IMG/VR virus record: IMGVR_UViG_3300031774_000001
Strand: one strand, 5' to 3'
DNA length: 64,000 bases
DNA from: a virus
A program made the position numbers and the translations under genes. Under the pieces are notes generated by a model. It searched no databases. It saw only the letters and a list, made by a program, of their open reading frames with translations, and was not told the origin of the DNA. Below, piece by piece: positions 9,401-19,613 of this stretch. Numbering within the stretch: position 1 is the first letter of the stretch; each line of letters begins with the position of its first letter.

Positions 9401-9736
9401 ATGGCAGCTATAGCTAACCTAACGATAGACCAAGGCGCAACCTTTACTTCCGACGTAACTGTAAAGGACGCTAATGCTCAACCGTTTGACCTAACTGGTT
9501 ATACGGCACAAGCTAAGATGGCAAAGGGCTTTGCTTCCACACGAACAAGGACGACAATCACCACTACATTACCAAGTAATCCTGCTACAGGCACGGTTAC
9601 CTTATCATTAACGTCTGCTCAAACAGCAGCTCTTGACGCTGAAAGATATGTTTACGACCTTGAAATAACAAAGGGTTCAGAAGTAACCCGAGTTATTGAA
9701 GGATTAATTACTGTAAGACCTCAAGTTACTACTTAA
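9401..9736 (+). CDS. Virion structural protein (baseplate/fibre-attachment-like Ig fold)
   Basis: IDQGATF...DLTGYT...YVYDLEI...RVIEG pattern common in phage tail adaptors; position in the structural region. Confidence 0.6.
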   Translation: MAAIANLTIDQGATFTSDVTVKDANAQPFDLTGYTAQAKMAKGFASTRTRTTITTTLPSNPATGTVTLSLTSAQTAALDAERYVYDLEITKGSEVTRVIEGLITVRPQVTT

Positions 9737-9752
9737 ATCAACTTCTCTTTGT

Positions 9753-9760
9753 TATAAATA
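9753..9760 (+). promoter_or_regulatory. T4-type late promoter TATAAATA
   Basis: Exact consensus, intergenic, upstream of SD GGGAG. Confidence 0.75.
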
Positions 9761-9780
9761 TAAGATAAAAGGGAGAGAGA

Positions 9781-10029
9781 ATGCCTGATATTACAGCAAA
9801 AATAAACGTAAATACACAATCTGGTCCACAAGCCGTTTCGGTAACTTTACCATCAGGTCAGGCCGCTCAAAACACCCAATTAAAATTAGCTTTATTAGGA
9901 GATGTTGATACTACAACTTTAGAAGATGGTTCAATGATTCAATATAGAGCAAGCGATGGCAAATTTGTAACACGAACAGAAATAGTTACAACAACAGGTA
10001 CACTATTATTTAACTGTGGGAGTTTTTAA
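9781..10029 (+). CDS. Small virion/tail-fibre-associated protein
   Basis: LGDVD...DGSMIQY fibre repeat; ends CGSF like the neighbouring fibre's DGGTF; late promoter and SD. Confidence 0.55.
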   Translation: MPDITAKINVNTQSGPQAVSVTLPSGQAAQNTQLKLALLGDVDTTTLEDGSMIQYRASDGKFVTRTEIVTTTGTLLFNCGSF

Positions 10030-10039
10030 AAAATAGCAT

Positions 10040-11755
10040 ATGGCAACAGTAATACAGATAAAAAGAAGTTCAGCAACATCAGCACCAGCAACATTAAAAT
10101 TAGGTGAATTAGCATATACTTATGGAACAGGTTCTCAAGCAAACCTAGGAGATAGAATCTTTATAGGGGAAGGTGGAGTTGACGGTAACGGTGACGCAAA
10201 TAATATTTCAGTAATTGGAGGTCAGTATTTTACAGATATGTTAGACCACGTTGCTGGTACATTAACAGCAAGTGGTGCTGTTTTAGTAGATTCAAATAAA
10301 GCAATAGACGAATTCATTGTAGGTAATAATGCGAGTGCAGGCGGACAAGTAAAATTTAATGAAGCAACAAATAACGGTTCATCATTTATAGGTCTTAAAG
10401 CACCTAACAACGTAACTACAACAACAACATTTACATTACCAGACGGAGATGGTTCTGCTGGTCAGTTTATGAAAACTGACGGTGGTGGAAATTTATCTTT
10501 CTCAACTGTTAATCAATTTATAGATTTAGCAGGTGATACTGGAACAGATACTTACAATACTGCTGAAACATTAACTTTTGCAGGTGGTTCAGGAATGAAT
10601 ACAGTTGTAACTGATAACAATGTAGAAATTCAAGCAACAGCATTAACAAATGCTAACTTATCTGGTACTGCCGCTATTTCAAATGCTAATTTAGAAAATC
10701 CAGCAACAACATTAGGATCATCTACATTAACTTTAGGTGCAACAGAAACAGATTTAGCAGGATTAACTTCTTTAGTAATTGATGACATTACAATTAACGG
10801 TCAAGCAATTACAACAACAGCTGCTAATAAAGATATTCATATGACGCCACACGGAACAGGTACAATTATAGTACCAAGTGGTTATGAAGATAGAGCAGGA
10901 TTTCAAAATCAATCACTTGCTAACAAAGCATACGTTGACCAAGTTGCTCAAGGGTTAGATACTAAACCATCTTGTAGAGTTGGTACAACTGCTGACTTAT
11001 CAGCAACTTATAACAACGGTACTGCTGGTGTTGGTGCAACTTTAACTGCTACATCAAACGGTGCATTATCACTTGATGGAATAACAACAAGTGTTGCAGA
11101 TAGAGTTTTAGTTAAAAATCAAACTACTGCTTCTGAAAACGGTATATACGTAGTTACAACTGTTGGTGATGGATCAACTGCTTTTGTATTAACAAGAGCA
11201 ACTCCAGAAGACCAACCAGCAGAATTATCTGGTGGTGCTTTCGTATTCGTTGAAGAAGGAAGTTTAAATGCAAATAACGGTTATACATTTACACACACAG
11301 GTGCTCCAACATTTGGAACAACTGATTTAGATGTAGCACAATTTTCTGGTGCAGGTCAAATTACTGCAGGTGCAGGATTAGTTAAAGACGGTAATACAAT
11401 AGATACAAATCCTGACAATAGTTCAATTGAAGTTGCAGGTGACCAATTAAGAGTTAAAGCATTAGGTATACAAGATTCTATGATTGCAAACAATACAATC
11501 ACAACTTCAAAAATATCTAATCCTGTAATATATTTTAAAGATGAAACTTCAACACAAGGTCAAGTATCTTTAGAAGGAACTTTAGAATTTATGGCAGGTG
11601 AGGGAATCAATACTATTGCAAATGGAAATAAATTACAAATTGTTGGTGAATTAGCAAGTACATCAAACATTGGTGTTGCTTCTTTTTCTTCTGACAACTT
11701 TACAGTTACATCAGGTGATGTGGAAGTTTCAATAGTTGACGGAGGAACTTTCTAA
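10040..11755 (+). CDS. Tail fibre protein
   Basis: IQIKRS...LGELAY N-terminus, NKAYVD motif, DRVLVKNQ...ENGIY domain, Gly/Thr rich, ends DGGTF. Confidence 0.75.
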   Translation: MATVIQIKRSSATSAPATLKLGELAYTYGTGSQANLGDRIFIGEGGVDGNGDANNISVIGGQYFTDMLDHVAGTLTASGAVLVDSNKAIDEFIVGNNASAGGQVKFNEATNNGSSFIGLKAPNNVTTTTTFTLPDGDGSAGQFMKTDGGGNLSFSTVNQFIDLAGDTGTDTYNTAETLTFAGGSGMNTVVTDNNVEIQATALTNANLSGTAAISNANLENPATTLGSSTLTLGATETDLAGLTSLVIDDITINGQAITTTAANKDIHMTPHGTGTIIVPSGYEDRAGFQNQSLANKAYVDQVAQGLDTKPSCRVGTTADLSATYNNGTAGVGATLTATSNGALSLDGITTSVADRVLVKNQTTASENGIYVVTTVGDGSTAFVLTRATPEDQPAELSGGAFVFVEEGSLNANNGYTFTHTGAPTFGTTDLDVAQFSGAGQITAGAGLVKDGNTIDTNPDNSSIEVAGDQLRVKALGIQDSMIANNTITTSKISNPVIYFKDETSTQGQVSLEGTLEFMAGEGINTIANGNKLQIVGELASTSNIGVASFSSDNFTVTSGDVEVSIVDGGTF

Positions 11756-11976
11756 TGTTTGGTTGGATCAAAAGATTAATTAATAAAACAGTTAGTTCTT
11801 ACGACCCAGTTAAAACAAAGACTACTGTAGTTACAGTTAAAGATTTAAAATCTAAAACTAAAAAAGAATTAGAGAAAATTGGTAGAAAAATAGGAATTGA
11901 ATTAGATAGACGATTAACAAAATCAAAACTAATTAACAAAATTAAATTTAGAGCTAGAATAAACAGGAAAAAATAA
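11755..11976 (+). CDS. Small basic protein (Rho-N/HeH-like helical motif)
   Basis: KTKKELEKIGRKIGIELDRRLTKSKLINKI; translationally coupled on both sides. Confidence 0.45.
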   Translation: MFGWIKRLINKTVSSYDPVKTKTTVVTVKDLKSKTKKELEKIGRKIGIELDRRLTKSKLINKIKFRARINRKK

Positions 11977-12356
11977 TGGCAACAAAAATTAAACCATATC
12001 GTTCAGAAGTAGCAACTCGTATTCCATCAGCAAGTAATATGGATATCGGTGAGTTGGCAATGAATATTCAAGATGGTAAGTTCTATACAAAAACATCTGT
12101 TGGACAAATTAAAGAGTTAGGTGGTGCAGGATCAATTACTTTGCAAGACGTAACTGCTAACGGTTCAATTACAGATAGAACAATCACTATGAACGGTGCA
12201 AATTTTATTTTTGAAGGTAATTTAGAAGACGCTTTTGAAACTACTTTAACAATAGATGAACCAACAGCAGACAATCAATTAAAATTACCTAACGCTTCAG
12301 GTACTCTTGGTACGCAAGATGACGCTTTAGCATATTCTGTAGTATTTGGTTCGTAG
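11976..12356 (+). CDS. Tail-fibre-related protein
   Basis: GELAMNIQDGKFY, TLQDVT, LPNASGT fibre motifs. Confidence 0.6.
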   Translation: MATKIKPYRSEVATRIPSASNMDIGELAMNIQDGKFYTKTSVGQIKELGGAGSITLQDVTANGSITDRTITMNGANFIFEGNLEDAFETTLTIDEPTADNQLKLPNASGTLGTQDDALAYSVVFGS

Positions 12357-12364
12357 GATAAATT

Positions 12365-12736
12365 ATGGCAAGTATATTTAAGAATTCAGGAATAACAGTT
12401 CCAGTAGTAGATGATTCAACAGGTGATATGTACCAAGCTTCTAATACTGAAAAAGCAGTAATTCACGCATTATTCATTTCAAATAGAAGTGAATATAGTA
12501 TAGCAAGAGTTAATGTAAAAGTTACAATAGATGGTGCAAAAAATACAAATACTAATCCAACAAATTTTGTATTTGTTGCTAAAAATTTAGAGGTTCCTGT
12601 GGGTAACACATTGACACTAGATAAACCGATAAATTTAGAAAACAATGATATATTAAGAGTAACTGCTGAACCTTCTCCTGATTCAACTTCTGTTGATGTG
12701 GAGGCGTTTGCTAGTATTTTGGCAATGACAGAATAG
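12365..12736 (+). CDS. Virion structural protein (hypothetical)
   Basis: Beta-rich; KPINLENNDILRV; lies in the tail cluster. Confidence 0.5.
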   Translation: MASIFKNSGITVPVVDDSTGDMYQASNTEKAVIHALFISNRSEYSIARVNVKVTIDGAKNTNTNPTNFVFVAKNLEVPVGNTLTLDKPINLENNDILRVTAEPSPDSTSVDVEAFASILAMTE

Positions 12737-12777
12737 AAAAAATGAGAAAAATAAATATTAAAAATTAGAGAGAATCA

Positions 12778-13404
12778 ATGGCTTATTTAGTACCAGGAAC
12801 AACAGGAATAAAATACTTAAAACAATTCAATGGAATAAGACGTACAAAGGAAGGTATGTTATACCTAACTTCTGTAAATCCTAACCAAAGCAATGACGCA
12901 ATTGAAGTATCAAAATATTTTGAAGATGGAAAATCAGATGCTGTTGGAAGAGACCAAACAGATTACGTTGAAGAAAGATTAGAAATGTTAAATGTTCAAT
13001 ATTTCACAGGTGATGGTTCAACTAAAGCATTTACTATCTCAAATCCAGTATTAAACGAAACAAGACTAGCATTATTTTTAGATGGTGTTAAACAACAACC
13101 TTATTCAGACTGGTCTTTATCAAATGGTAATCAGATAAATTTCGTACTAATTCCTAGTGCTAGTGCTAGTATTGTGGTTGGTGTAGTTAAGAGAAGATAC
13201 TACAATAATGACAGCGATAAGTTTCAACAAATTAATTATTCAGACGATACTACAACTAGTTTTCTTATAAATAGTACTAGTGGAGATTTAGTTAAAAGAA
13301 GTAAAAAGGGAGTTACAAGGTCAGCAGAAACAACAGACGACTTTGAAACTTTTGAAAGCACAACGGCAAGTGTAGCTACAACAACATACCAAAGTGCTGT
13401 TTAA
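12778..13404 (+). CDS. Virion structural protein
   Basis: FTGDGSTKAF...LDGVKQQP...YS beta-repeat found in marine T4-like tail/baseplate proteins. Confidence 0.55.
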   Translation: MAYLVPGTTGIKYLKQFNGIRRTKEGMLYLTSVNPNQSNDAIEVSKYFEDGKSDAVGRDQTDYVEERLEMLNVQYFTGDGSTKAFTISNPVLNETRLALFLDGVKQQPYSDWSLSNGNQINFVLIPSASASIVVGVVKRRYYNNDSDKFQQINYSDDTTTSFLINSTSGDLVKRSKKGVTRSAETTDDFETFESTTASVATTTYQSAV

Positions 13405-13408
13405 AATG

Positions 13409-13416
13409 TATAAATA
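13409..13416 (+). promoter_or_regulatory. T4-type late promoter TATAAATA
   Basis: Exact consensus, intergenic; a second copy lies at 13266-13273. Confidence 0.7.
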
Positions 13417-13435
13417 TTAGGGAAAAAGAGAGAAA

Positions 13436-16400
13436 ATGGCAGATTTCAAACTAGGACGAATAAAATTTAAATGGAGAGGTGATTGGCAAGCAAGCACCAC
13501 TTACTCACTTGATGATATAGCAAAATATGGTGGTAATACTTATGTGTGTATTCAAAACCACGTATCACCAGCAGCCGAAACAGATTTTTATACAAGTCCT
13601 GGAACATATACAGATTACTGGCAAGTACACGGCGAATCAGTTTATTTCAAAGGTGCTTATGCCAATGCAACTTGGTACAAATTAAACGACCTAGTTAGTT
13701 ATGGTGGTAAACAGTACCGTTGTACAACAGCTCACACATCAGCAAGTTTAGTTTTAGACTCTGCAAAATTTGAACAATTTGTAGATAGTATTAACTTTAC
13801 AGGTGATTATGCTTCTTCAACTCAATACAAATTAAATGATATAGTTAAATACGGTGGAAGACAATATAGATGTACAACTGAATACACATCAGCAGCTGGT
13901 GGTGATCCAAATATAGACTTAACAAAATTTACTTTATTTAGTGAAGGTTTAGCATTTAAAGGCGACTTTCAAGTTAACACATTTTACAAATTAGATGACG
14001 TTGTAAAATTTGGTTCATACCAATATAGATGTACAACTGCTCATACTTCAGGTGCCAATCAATCAGATTTCGCTCAAGCAAACTTTTCTGTTTATTCAGA
14101 AGGTTTACAATTTGAAGATTCTTATAATGCTTCAACTCTTTACTCAAAAGGAGATGTAGTAACTTATGGTGGATATTCTTATGCATATATTAATGCTGAA
14201 GAATCTACAGGACAAACTCCTGCCGACAATTCTTATTGGGATGTAATAACAACAGGTTTCAATGCAACTGGACTTTATGTCCACGGAACATTATACAAAA
14301 CTGGTGATACAGTTCAGTATGGTGGTAATTCTTATGTCTGTATATTAGACGCACAAAATCAAAGACCATCACAAGCAAGTGGTGCTGTTAATTCAACTTA
14401 TTGGAAAGGTGTTGTAGAAGGATTTAAATGGCAAGGTAACTATAGTGCTGTTACAACATACACTATTGGCGATACAGTAAGATTTGCTTCAAACTCATAT
14501 GTTAATTTAAAAGACCAAGTTCTAAATGTAGAACCAGGATCAGACGCAACTACTTGGCAAGCAATTGCTCAAGGAGATACTGCTGCTGTAATGACATCAA
14601 TCGGAGATATGATTGTTCAAGATGGTGGTGGTGTTGCAAGATTACCTCTCGGACTTCCAGGTGGTGTATTAACTAATGATGGAGATGATATTTTATGGAG
14701 TGGAATTTCAGGTAAAAACGTTTTATGGGTTGCTCCTTCAGGAACAGACGGTGGACCAGGAACAGAAGCATTGCCTTATAAAACATTGGCGTATGCTTGT
14801 ACACACGCAAAATCAAATTCAATTAGAGAATATGAAAATGTAACTGGTGGTACAGGTGGAACACAAAATTTATATGATGAAGTTCAAGGGTATGCTTCAA
14901 AAGAATTAACAATTACAGCAACTCCTAGTACAACAACACTAGAAATTCAATTAGGAACATCAGCATATGCACACACATATGTTAGTGGTGGTACAATTAG
15001 AAAAGCAAACGACACTACATTAGCAGTATCAAACGGTGTTTATAATCATAGTACAGGAATTATAACACTTACAACTACAACACACTCATTATCAACAGGT
15101 GATAAAATTAGAGTATGGGGATTAAATTATACTTGCGCTAAAGGTGCAAAAACTTATCCAGAAGTTGGAAGTCCTTCACTTTATAGAGTTAATACAAGTG
15201 GCGGAGTTTTAAAAATAGACATTGTTAACGGCGGTGCTAAACACAATGTAGGTGATAAAATTAGAATTGATGGTGCAGATATCGGTGGTGCAACTGCCTT
15301 AAATTTTGATGTTAAGAGTGTTGCAGGAGATATAATCAGAATTAAAAACGGTACTTTTAAAGAAAAATTACCAATGGTAGTACAAGAAAACGTTTCTGTA
15401 GTTGGTGAATCTTTAAGAAATACAATAATAATGCCAGCAAGTGGAACTGGTTCTCAAATTAAAACAATAGAATTAACTAATAACGTAAATAGTGCTACTA
15501 ACGGACAATACAAATATTTACACCCGAAGAAAGTAGAAAAACCTTATACAGTTCAAACTGTAGATAACGCAACTACATTTACAATTGATGTTGGTACAGA
15601 CGCTAGAGCTCACACATATGTTGATGGTGGAACAGTTACAAAATCCGACTATGCTTCTTTAGATATAACTAACGCTGTTTACAATAATGGCACAGGAATT
15701 ATTACAATAACAACTGCTTCAGCACATAGTTTATCAGCAAGTGATGTTGTTAAAATAGCAAATATAAAATATCATTGTAAAGATGGTGAAAAGATTTATC
15801 CAAAAGTTGGAACTGGTTCAGTATGGAGTGTAGTTGTAAAAGGTGGAATTGCAGAAGAAATTATAACATACCACGGTGGTGCAGGTTATCACGTTGGTGA
15901 AGTAATTACATTAGCAGCTGCTGATGTTGGTAACGGTGGCGACTTAACATTTACAGTTAAATCTTTAGAAGATAACAACGCTTCAAATATGTTCTTATTA
16001 AATGATAGGAACAATATGAGAAATATGACTTTCGTAGGTCTTTCTGGACAAAAACGTTCTGGAGGATTATACAAAGTAACACAGGTTGGTTCAACAACTC
16101 AATTTGTAGTTTCTTTAGGAACTTCACAATACGCTCACACTTATATTAGTGGCGGTGGAGTAATAAAAGTTGGCGCAGAAGGAACTAGATTCACTCTTGC
16201 TAACGCTAGTTATGCACACTCAAATGGTGATATGACAATAACTACAAACGAAGTAAACGGTTTAACAGTTGGTGATTATGTAACTCTTGGAAAAATGAAA
16301 TTTACTTGCGAATTAGGTGAGAAAATATATCCAAGTGGTCCAATACAACAAGCGATTATGTCTTTAGACCCAGCAGGAAATATTAAAAACAAATCACCAT

Positions 16401-18088
16401 ATATGCAAAACTGTACATCTGTTAACCCAGGTGCCTGCGGAATGCAAATTGACGGTAATCTTCACAAAAATACTCACACGGAATCATTTAAATCAATGTT
16501 GGGTAATGACTTTACTCAAATCAATGATGATGGTATCGGTATTCACATCCTAGGAAAAGGACGTTGTGAGGCAGTATCAGTATTCGTATACTATTGTGAA
16601 AAAGCTGTTTATGCTGAATCAGGTGGATTTATAAGAGCTCTAAACTGTTCTCACTCTTACGGTGAACAAGCAGTTGTTGCTTCTGGTACAGACGAAGATG
16701 AAACACCAGTCAATGTTCAAACTAGAGGTTTGATGTTGAGTTATGACCATACAACTTTCCAATCTGGTTTTGCTGCTAACGATATAGAAGATTCAATTGC
16801 AGTACAAGGACAAGGAACTGCTACAATAACAGGTGGTACTTCAGGTGCGACTGCTACACTTTTCAGATACAACGTATCATTAAATTACTTACACATAGAA
16901 AGTATTACAGGTAATTTCGTACAAGGTGAAACAATTACAATTACAAAAGAAGATACAACAACATTTACAGTTGGTTTATCTGCTACATTTGGAGATTCTT
17001 CAGCTGCTCAAGCAGGTCAAAGAGGACCTATACTAGCAGTTAAATCAGGTACAACAGCATTAACTTCTTCAAGTATAATTAAATTAGCTGCTAATATTAA
17101 ATTCTCTGGTCTTTCAAAATACTATAGAGTTGGATTAGTTTCAGAAGAAGATTTAACTAACGGAACTGCTGTAATCAGATTAACAGAAGATATTGGTTTA
17201 AGTAAAGCACAACTTGCTAACGTATCAACTAATATAACAGAAAAATTTTCAAACATAAGATTAACAGGTCACGACTTCTTAAATATTGGTACAGGAAATT
17301 CAACTAAAACAAATTATCCAGGAACGCCTGCACAAGCTAATGACCAATCAGACGAAGTTACAGAAGAAAACGGTGGAAGAGTTTATTGGGTATCAACTGA
17401 CCAAACTGGTGACTTTAGAGTTGGTGATTTATTCAAAATTGAACAAGCTACTGGTACTGCCACTCTTAATGCAGACGCCTTTAACCTTTCAGGATTAAGT
17501 GAATTAAAACTTGGTTCTATCGGTGCAGAATTAGGTGCCGCTGTAAACGAATTTAGTACAGACCAAACTTTAGGTGGAAATTCTAATACTGCCGTACCAA
17601 CAGAAAGTGCTATATTAGGATATATGACAAGAGATAAAGCTGGTGTCGGTGCTTGGGTTCCTCCAACAGGAACATCAGCACAAAGACCTGGTACTCCATA
17701 TGCAGGTGCAATAAGATATAATACATCTTTAGTTGCTTGGGAAGGTTATAACGGATCATCTTGGACAGGTCTTGGTGGCGGAACACCGTGGCAAACAATT
17801 ACAGGTGACGGTTCAACAACAACAACTGCTTCAAGTGGCGGAAGATATTTAGTAAATACAAGTGTATATGCAACTACAGTTAATTTACCTGCTTCTCCAT
17901 TAACTGGAGATACAGTTTCGTTTTTAGATGTTAATGGAACGTTTCAAACAAAACCATTAACAGTTGGTAGAAATGGAAATGAAATTATGAATTTAACAGA
18001 AGATATGACTGCCGAAGTTAATCACGCAGGATTCACTTTAGTGTGGACTGGTGGAACGAACGGTTGGAAATTAGTTGAGGTAGCGTAA
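13436..18088 (+). CDS. Large modular tail fibre/spike protein (1550 aa)
   Basis: About 8 N-terminal G-x-Y...Y-x-x-x-D-x-V-x-YGG-x-x-Y-x-C repeats (CBM5/12-like); beta-helix-like region (VSVVGESLRNTII); three AHTY-x-x-GG...C-x-x-G-x-K-x-YP inserts; C-terminal LPASP-x-x-GD module. Confidence 0.75.
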   Translation: MADFKLGRIKFKWRGDWQASTTYSLDDIAKYGGNTYVCIQNHVSPAAETDFYTSPGTYTDYWQVHGESVYFKGAYANATWYKLNDLVSYGGKQYRCTTAHTSASLVLDSAKFEQFVDSINFTGDYASSTQYKLNDIVKYGGRQYRCTTEYTSAAGGDPNIDLTKFTLFSEGLAFKGDFQVNTFYKLDDVVKFGSYQYRCTTAHTSGANQSDFAQANFSVYSEGLQFEDSYNASTLYSKGDVVTYGGYSYAYINAEESTGQTPADNSYWDVITTGFNATGLYVHGTLYKTGDTVQYGGNSYVCILDAQNQRPSQASGAVNSTYWKGVVEGFKWQGNYSAVTTYTIGDTVRFASNSYVNLKDQVLNVEPGSDATTWQAIAQGDTAAVMTSIGDMIVQDGGGVARLPLGLPGGVLTNDGDDILWSGISGKNVLWVAPSGTDGGPGTEALPYKTLAYACTHAKSNSIREYENVTGGTGGTQNLYDEVQGYASKELTITATPSTTTLEIQLGTSAYAHTYVSGGTIRKANDTTLAVSNGVYNHSTGIITLTTTTHSLSTGDKIRVWGLNYTCAKGAKTYPEVGSPSLYRVNTSGGVLKIDIVNGGAKHNVGDKIRIDGADIGGATALNFDVKSVAGDIIRIKNGTFKEKLPMVVQENVSVVGESLRNTIIMPASGTGSQIKTIELTNNVNSATNGQYKYLHPKKVEKPYTVQTVDNATTFTIDVGTDARAHTYVDGGTVTKSDYASLDITNAVYNNGTGIITITTASAHSLSASDVVKIANIKYHCKDGEKIYPKVGTGSVWSVVVKGGIAEEIITYHGGAGYHVGEVITLAAADVGNGGDLTFTVKSLEDNNASNMFLLNDRNNMRNMTFVGLSGQKRSGGLYKVTQVGSTTQFVVSLGTSQYAHTYISGGGVIKVGAEGTRFTLANASYAHSNGDMTITTNEVNGLTVGDYVTLGKMKFTCELGEKIYPSGPIQQAIMSLDPAGNIKNKSPYMQNCTSVNPGACGMQIDGNLHKNTHTESFKSMLGNDFTQINDDGIGIHILGKGRCEAVSVFVYYCEKAVYAESGGFIRALNCSHSYGEQAVVASGTDEDETPVNVQTRGLMLSYDHTTFQSGFAANDIEDSIAVQGQGTATITGGTSGATATLFRYNVSLNYLHIESITGNFVQGETITITKEDTTTFTVGLSATFGDSSAAQAGQRGPILAVKSGTTALTSSSIIKLAANIKFSGLSKYYRVGLVSEEDLTNGTAVIRLTEDIGLSKAQLANVSTNITEKFSNIRLTGHDFLNIGTGNSTKTNYPGTPAQANDQSDEVTEENGGRVYWVSTDQTGDFRVGDLFKIEQATGTATLNADAFNLSGLSELKLGSIGAELGAAVNEFSTDQTLGGNSNTAVPTESAILGYMTRDKAGVGAWVPPTGTSAQRPGTPYAGAIRYNTSLVAWEGYNGSSWTGLGGGTPWQTITGDGSTTTTASSGGRYLVNTSVYATTVNLPASPLTGDTVSFLDVNGTFQTKPLTVGRNGNEIMNLTEDMTAEVNHAGFTLVWTGGTNGWKLVEVA

Positions 18089-18108
18089 TAAATAAATATA
18101 GGTAACTT

Positions 18109-19542
18109 ATGTCAAAACTTTCACAATTTAGTATAACAACAAAACAAAAAGATGAATTCTATGGATTTCATAGAACTAATCCTGGGCAAACTATTAATAG
18201 AGATATTAAAATAGTTGCTGGTAATCAAGCTGTCTATGAATATAATTTAAGTACAGCATTTGATTCTAGTACAGCAACTTATTCAAAAAGTACTTCTATT
18301 CATACAGAAGATACAAATCCAAGAGAAGTAAGATTTGGTAATAGTGGTCTGAAAATGTATACTGTTGGACATACTGATAAACATATTGATGAGTACGATT
18401 TAACAACAGCATTTGATGTTTCTACAGCAACTTGGAGAACACACTTCAATGTTGGTACGCAAGAAACAAGTCCACAAGGATTAGCTTTCAACGATACTGG
18501 AACTAAAATGTATGTTGTAGGTACTGCTGGAAATTTAGACGCAAGTATCGCTGCTGACAATGTTTATGAATATGCATTATCAACTGCTTGGCAAGTTGAA
18601 ACAGCAACTTATACAGATTTATTTTCATTAGCTGCTACAGAAACAGACCCACGTACAATGAGATTTAATGCAGACGGATCATTAATGTTTATTTTAGGTG
18701 ATGACGGAAATGATGTTGGAGAATATTCATTATCTACAAACTATGATGTTTCTACAGCAACTTATGTTGATTCATTTTCTTTCGCTGCTGAAGATACTTC
18801 ACCAATAGGATTTGGTTTCAATACATTAGGAACTAAAATATATATTTGTGGTAGTGTCGGTTCAGATGTTATGGAATATACATTAGTAACAGGTTTTGAT
18901 ATTTCAACTACACAAGCACTCGACTCTACATATACTTTTACTGCTGCTACTACACCAAGCGCACCAATAAGAAATGTAAGAGGACTAGAATTTAATACTA
19001 CAGGATCAAAAATGTATCTTATTATGGATGCTGGTAAATATATTGTAGACGGTGGAGATGATGAATTACCTATCACTCACGAAACAAGATTTAGAAATAC
19101 TATGAAATTTTATGAAGGTAATACTTACAAATTTGATGTTTCTGACTCAAGTAATATTGGACATCAATTTAAATTTTCAACTACTTCAGATGGAACGTGG
19201 GGTGGTGGAACTGAATACTCTACAAATGTAACTACTTCTGGAACTGCTGGAAGTGGTGGCGCATATGTACAAATAGTTGTTCCAAGAAAAACACCTGATC
19301 CAGACCCTGGTAGTGCTGTTGATAAATTATACTACTACAATGGTAAACATAGTTTAGCAGGTGGGGATATTTACACTCCTGAATGGAAGGGTAATTTACA
19401 AATAACATACACTAATGGTCAAGACGACATAGATACTAGATATAAAACAAAGAATCAAGAAGATATCTTTGAGGATAGTGTTCTATGGAAAGCTGGATTA
19501 GAGTGGACTATAGTTAACGGTAATTTAACAGTAGGACTATAG
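18109..19542 (+). CDS. Beta-propeller repeat virion protein
   Basis: About 5 repeats of EY-x-L-x-T-x-F/W/Y-D/Q-x-S/E-TAT...P-x-G...F-N-x-x-G-x-K-M-Y; C-terminal YKFDVSDSSN...HQFKFS...LYYY domain. Confidence 0.65.
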   Translation: MSKLSQFSITTKQKDEFYGFHRTNPGQTINRDIKIVAGNQAVYEYNLSTAFDSSTATYSKSTSIHTEDTNPREVRFGNSGLKMYTVGHTDKHIDEYDLTTAFDVSTATWRTHFNVGTQETSPQGLAFNDTGTKMYVVGTAGNLDASIAADNVYEYALSTAWQVETATYTDLFSLAATETDPRTMRFNADGSLMFILGDDGNDVGEYSLSTNYDVSTATYVDSFSFAAEDTSPIGFGFNTLGTKIYICGSVGSDVMEYTLVTGFDISTTQALDSTYTFTAATTPSAPIRNVRGLEFNTTGSKMYLIMDAGKYIVDGGDDELPITHETRFRNTMKFYEGNTYKFDVSDSSNIGHQFKFSTTSDGTWGGGTEYSTNVTTSGTAGSGGAYVQIVVPRKTPDPDPGSAVDKLYYYNGKHSLAGGDIYTPEWKGNLQITYTNGQDDIDTRYKTKNQEDIFEDSVLWKAGLEWTIVNGNLTVGL

Positions 19543-19584
19543 AAATAAATATTACAAATTTTATAAAAGTGAGAAATAAACTAT

Positions 19585-19598
19585 TATAAATATAAATA
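19585..19598 (+). promoter_or_regulatory. Two overlapping T4-type late promoters (TATAAATATAAATA)
   Basis: Exact consensus twice, intergenic. Confidence 0.75.
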
Positions 19599-19613
19599 AG
19601 GAACAAGAGAATT

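Noticed and set aside
13436-19542. CRISPR array or diversity-generating retroelement in the repeat-rich fibre genes
   Set aside because: The repeats are degenerate protein-level repeats. No identical spaced DNA repeats, no adenine-specific TR/VR pair and no reverse transcriptase were seen.
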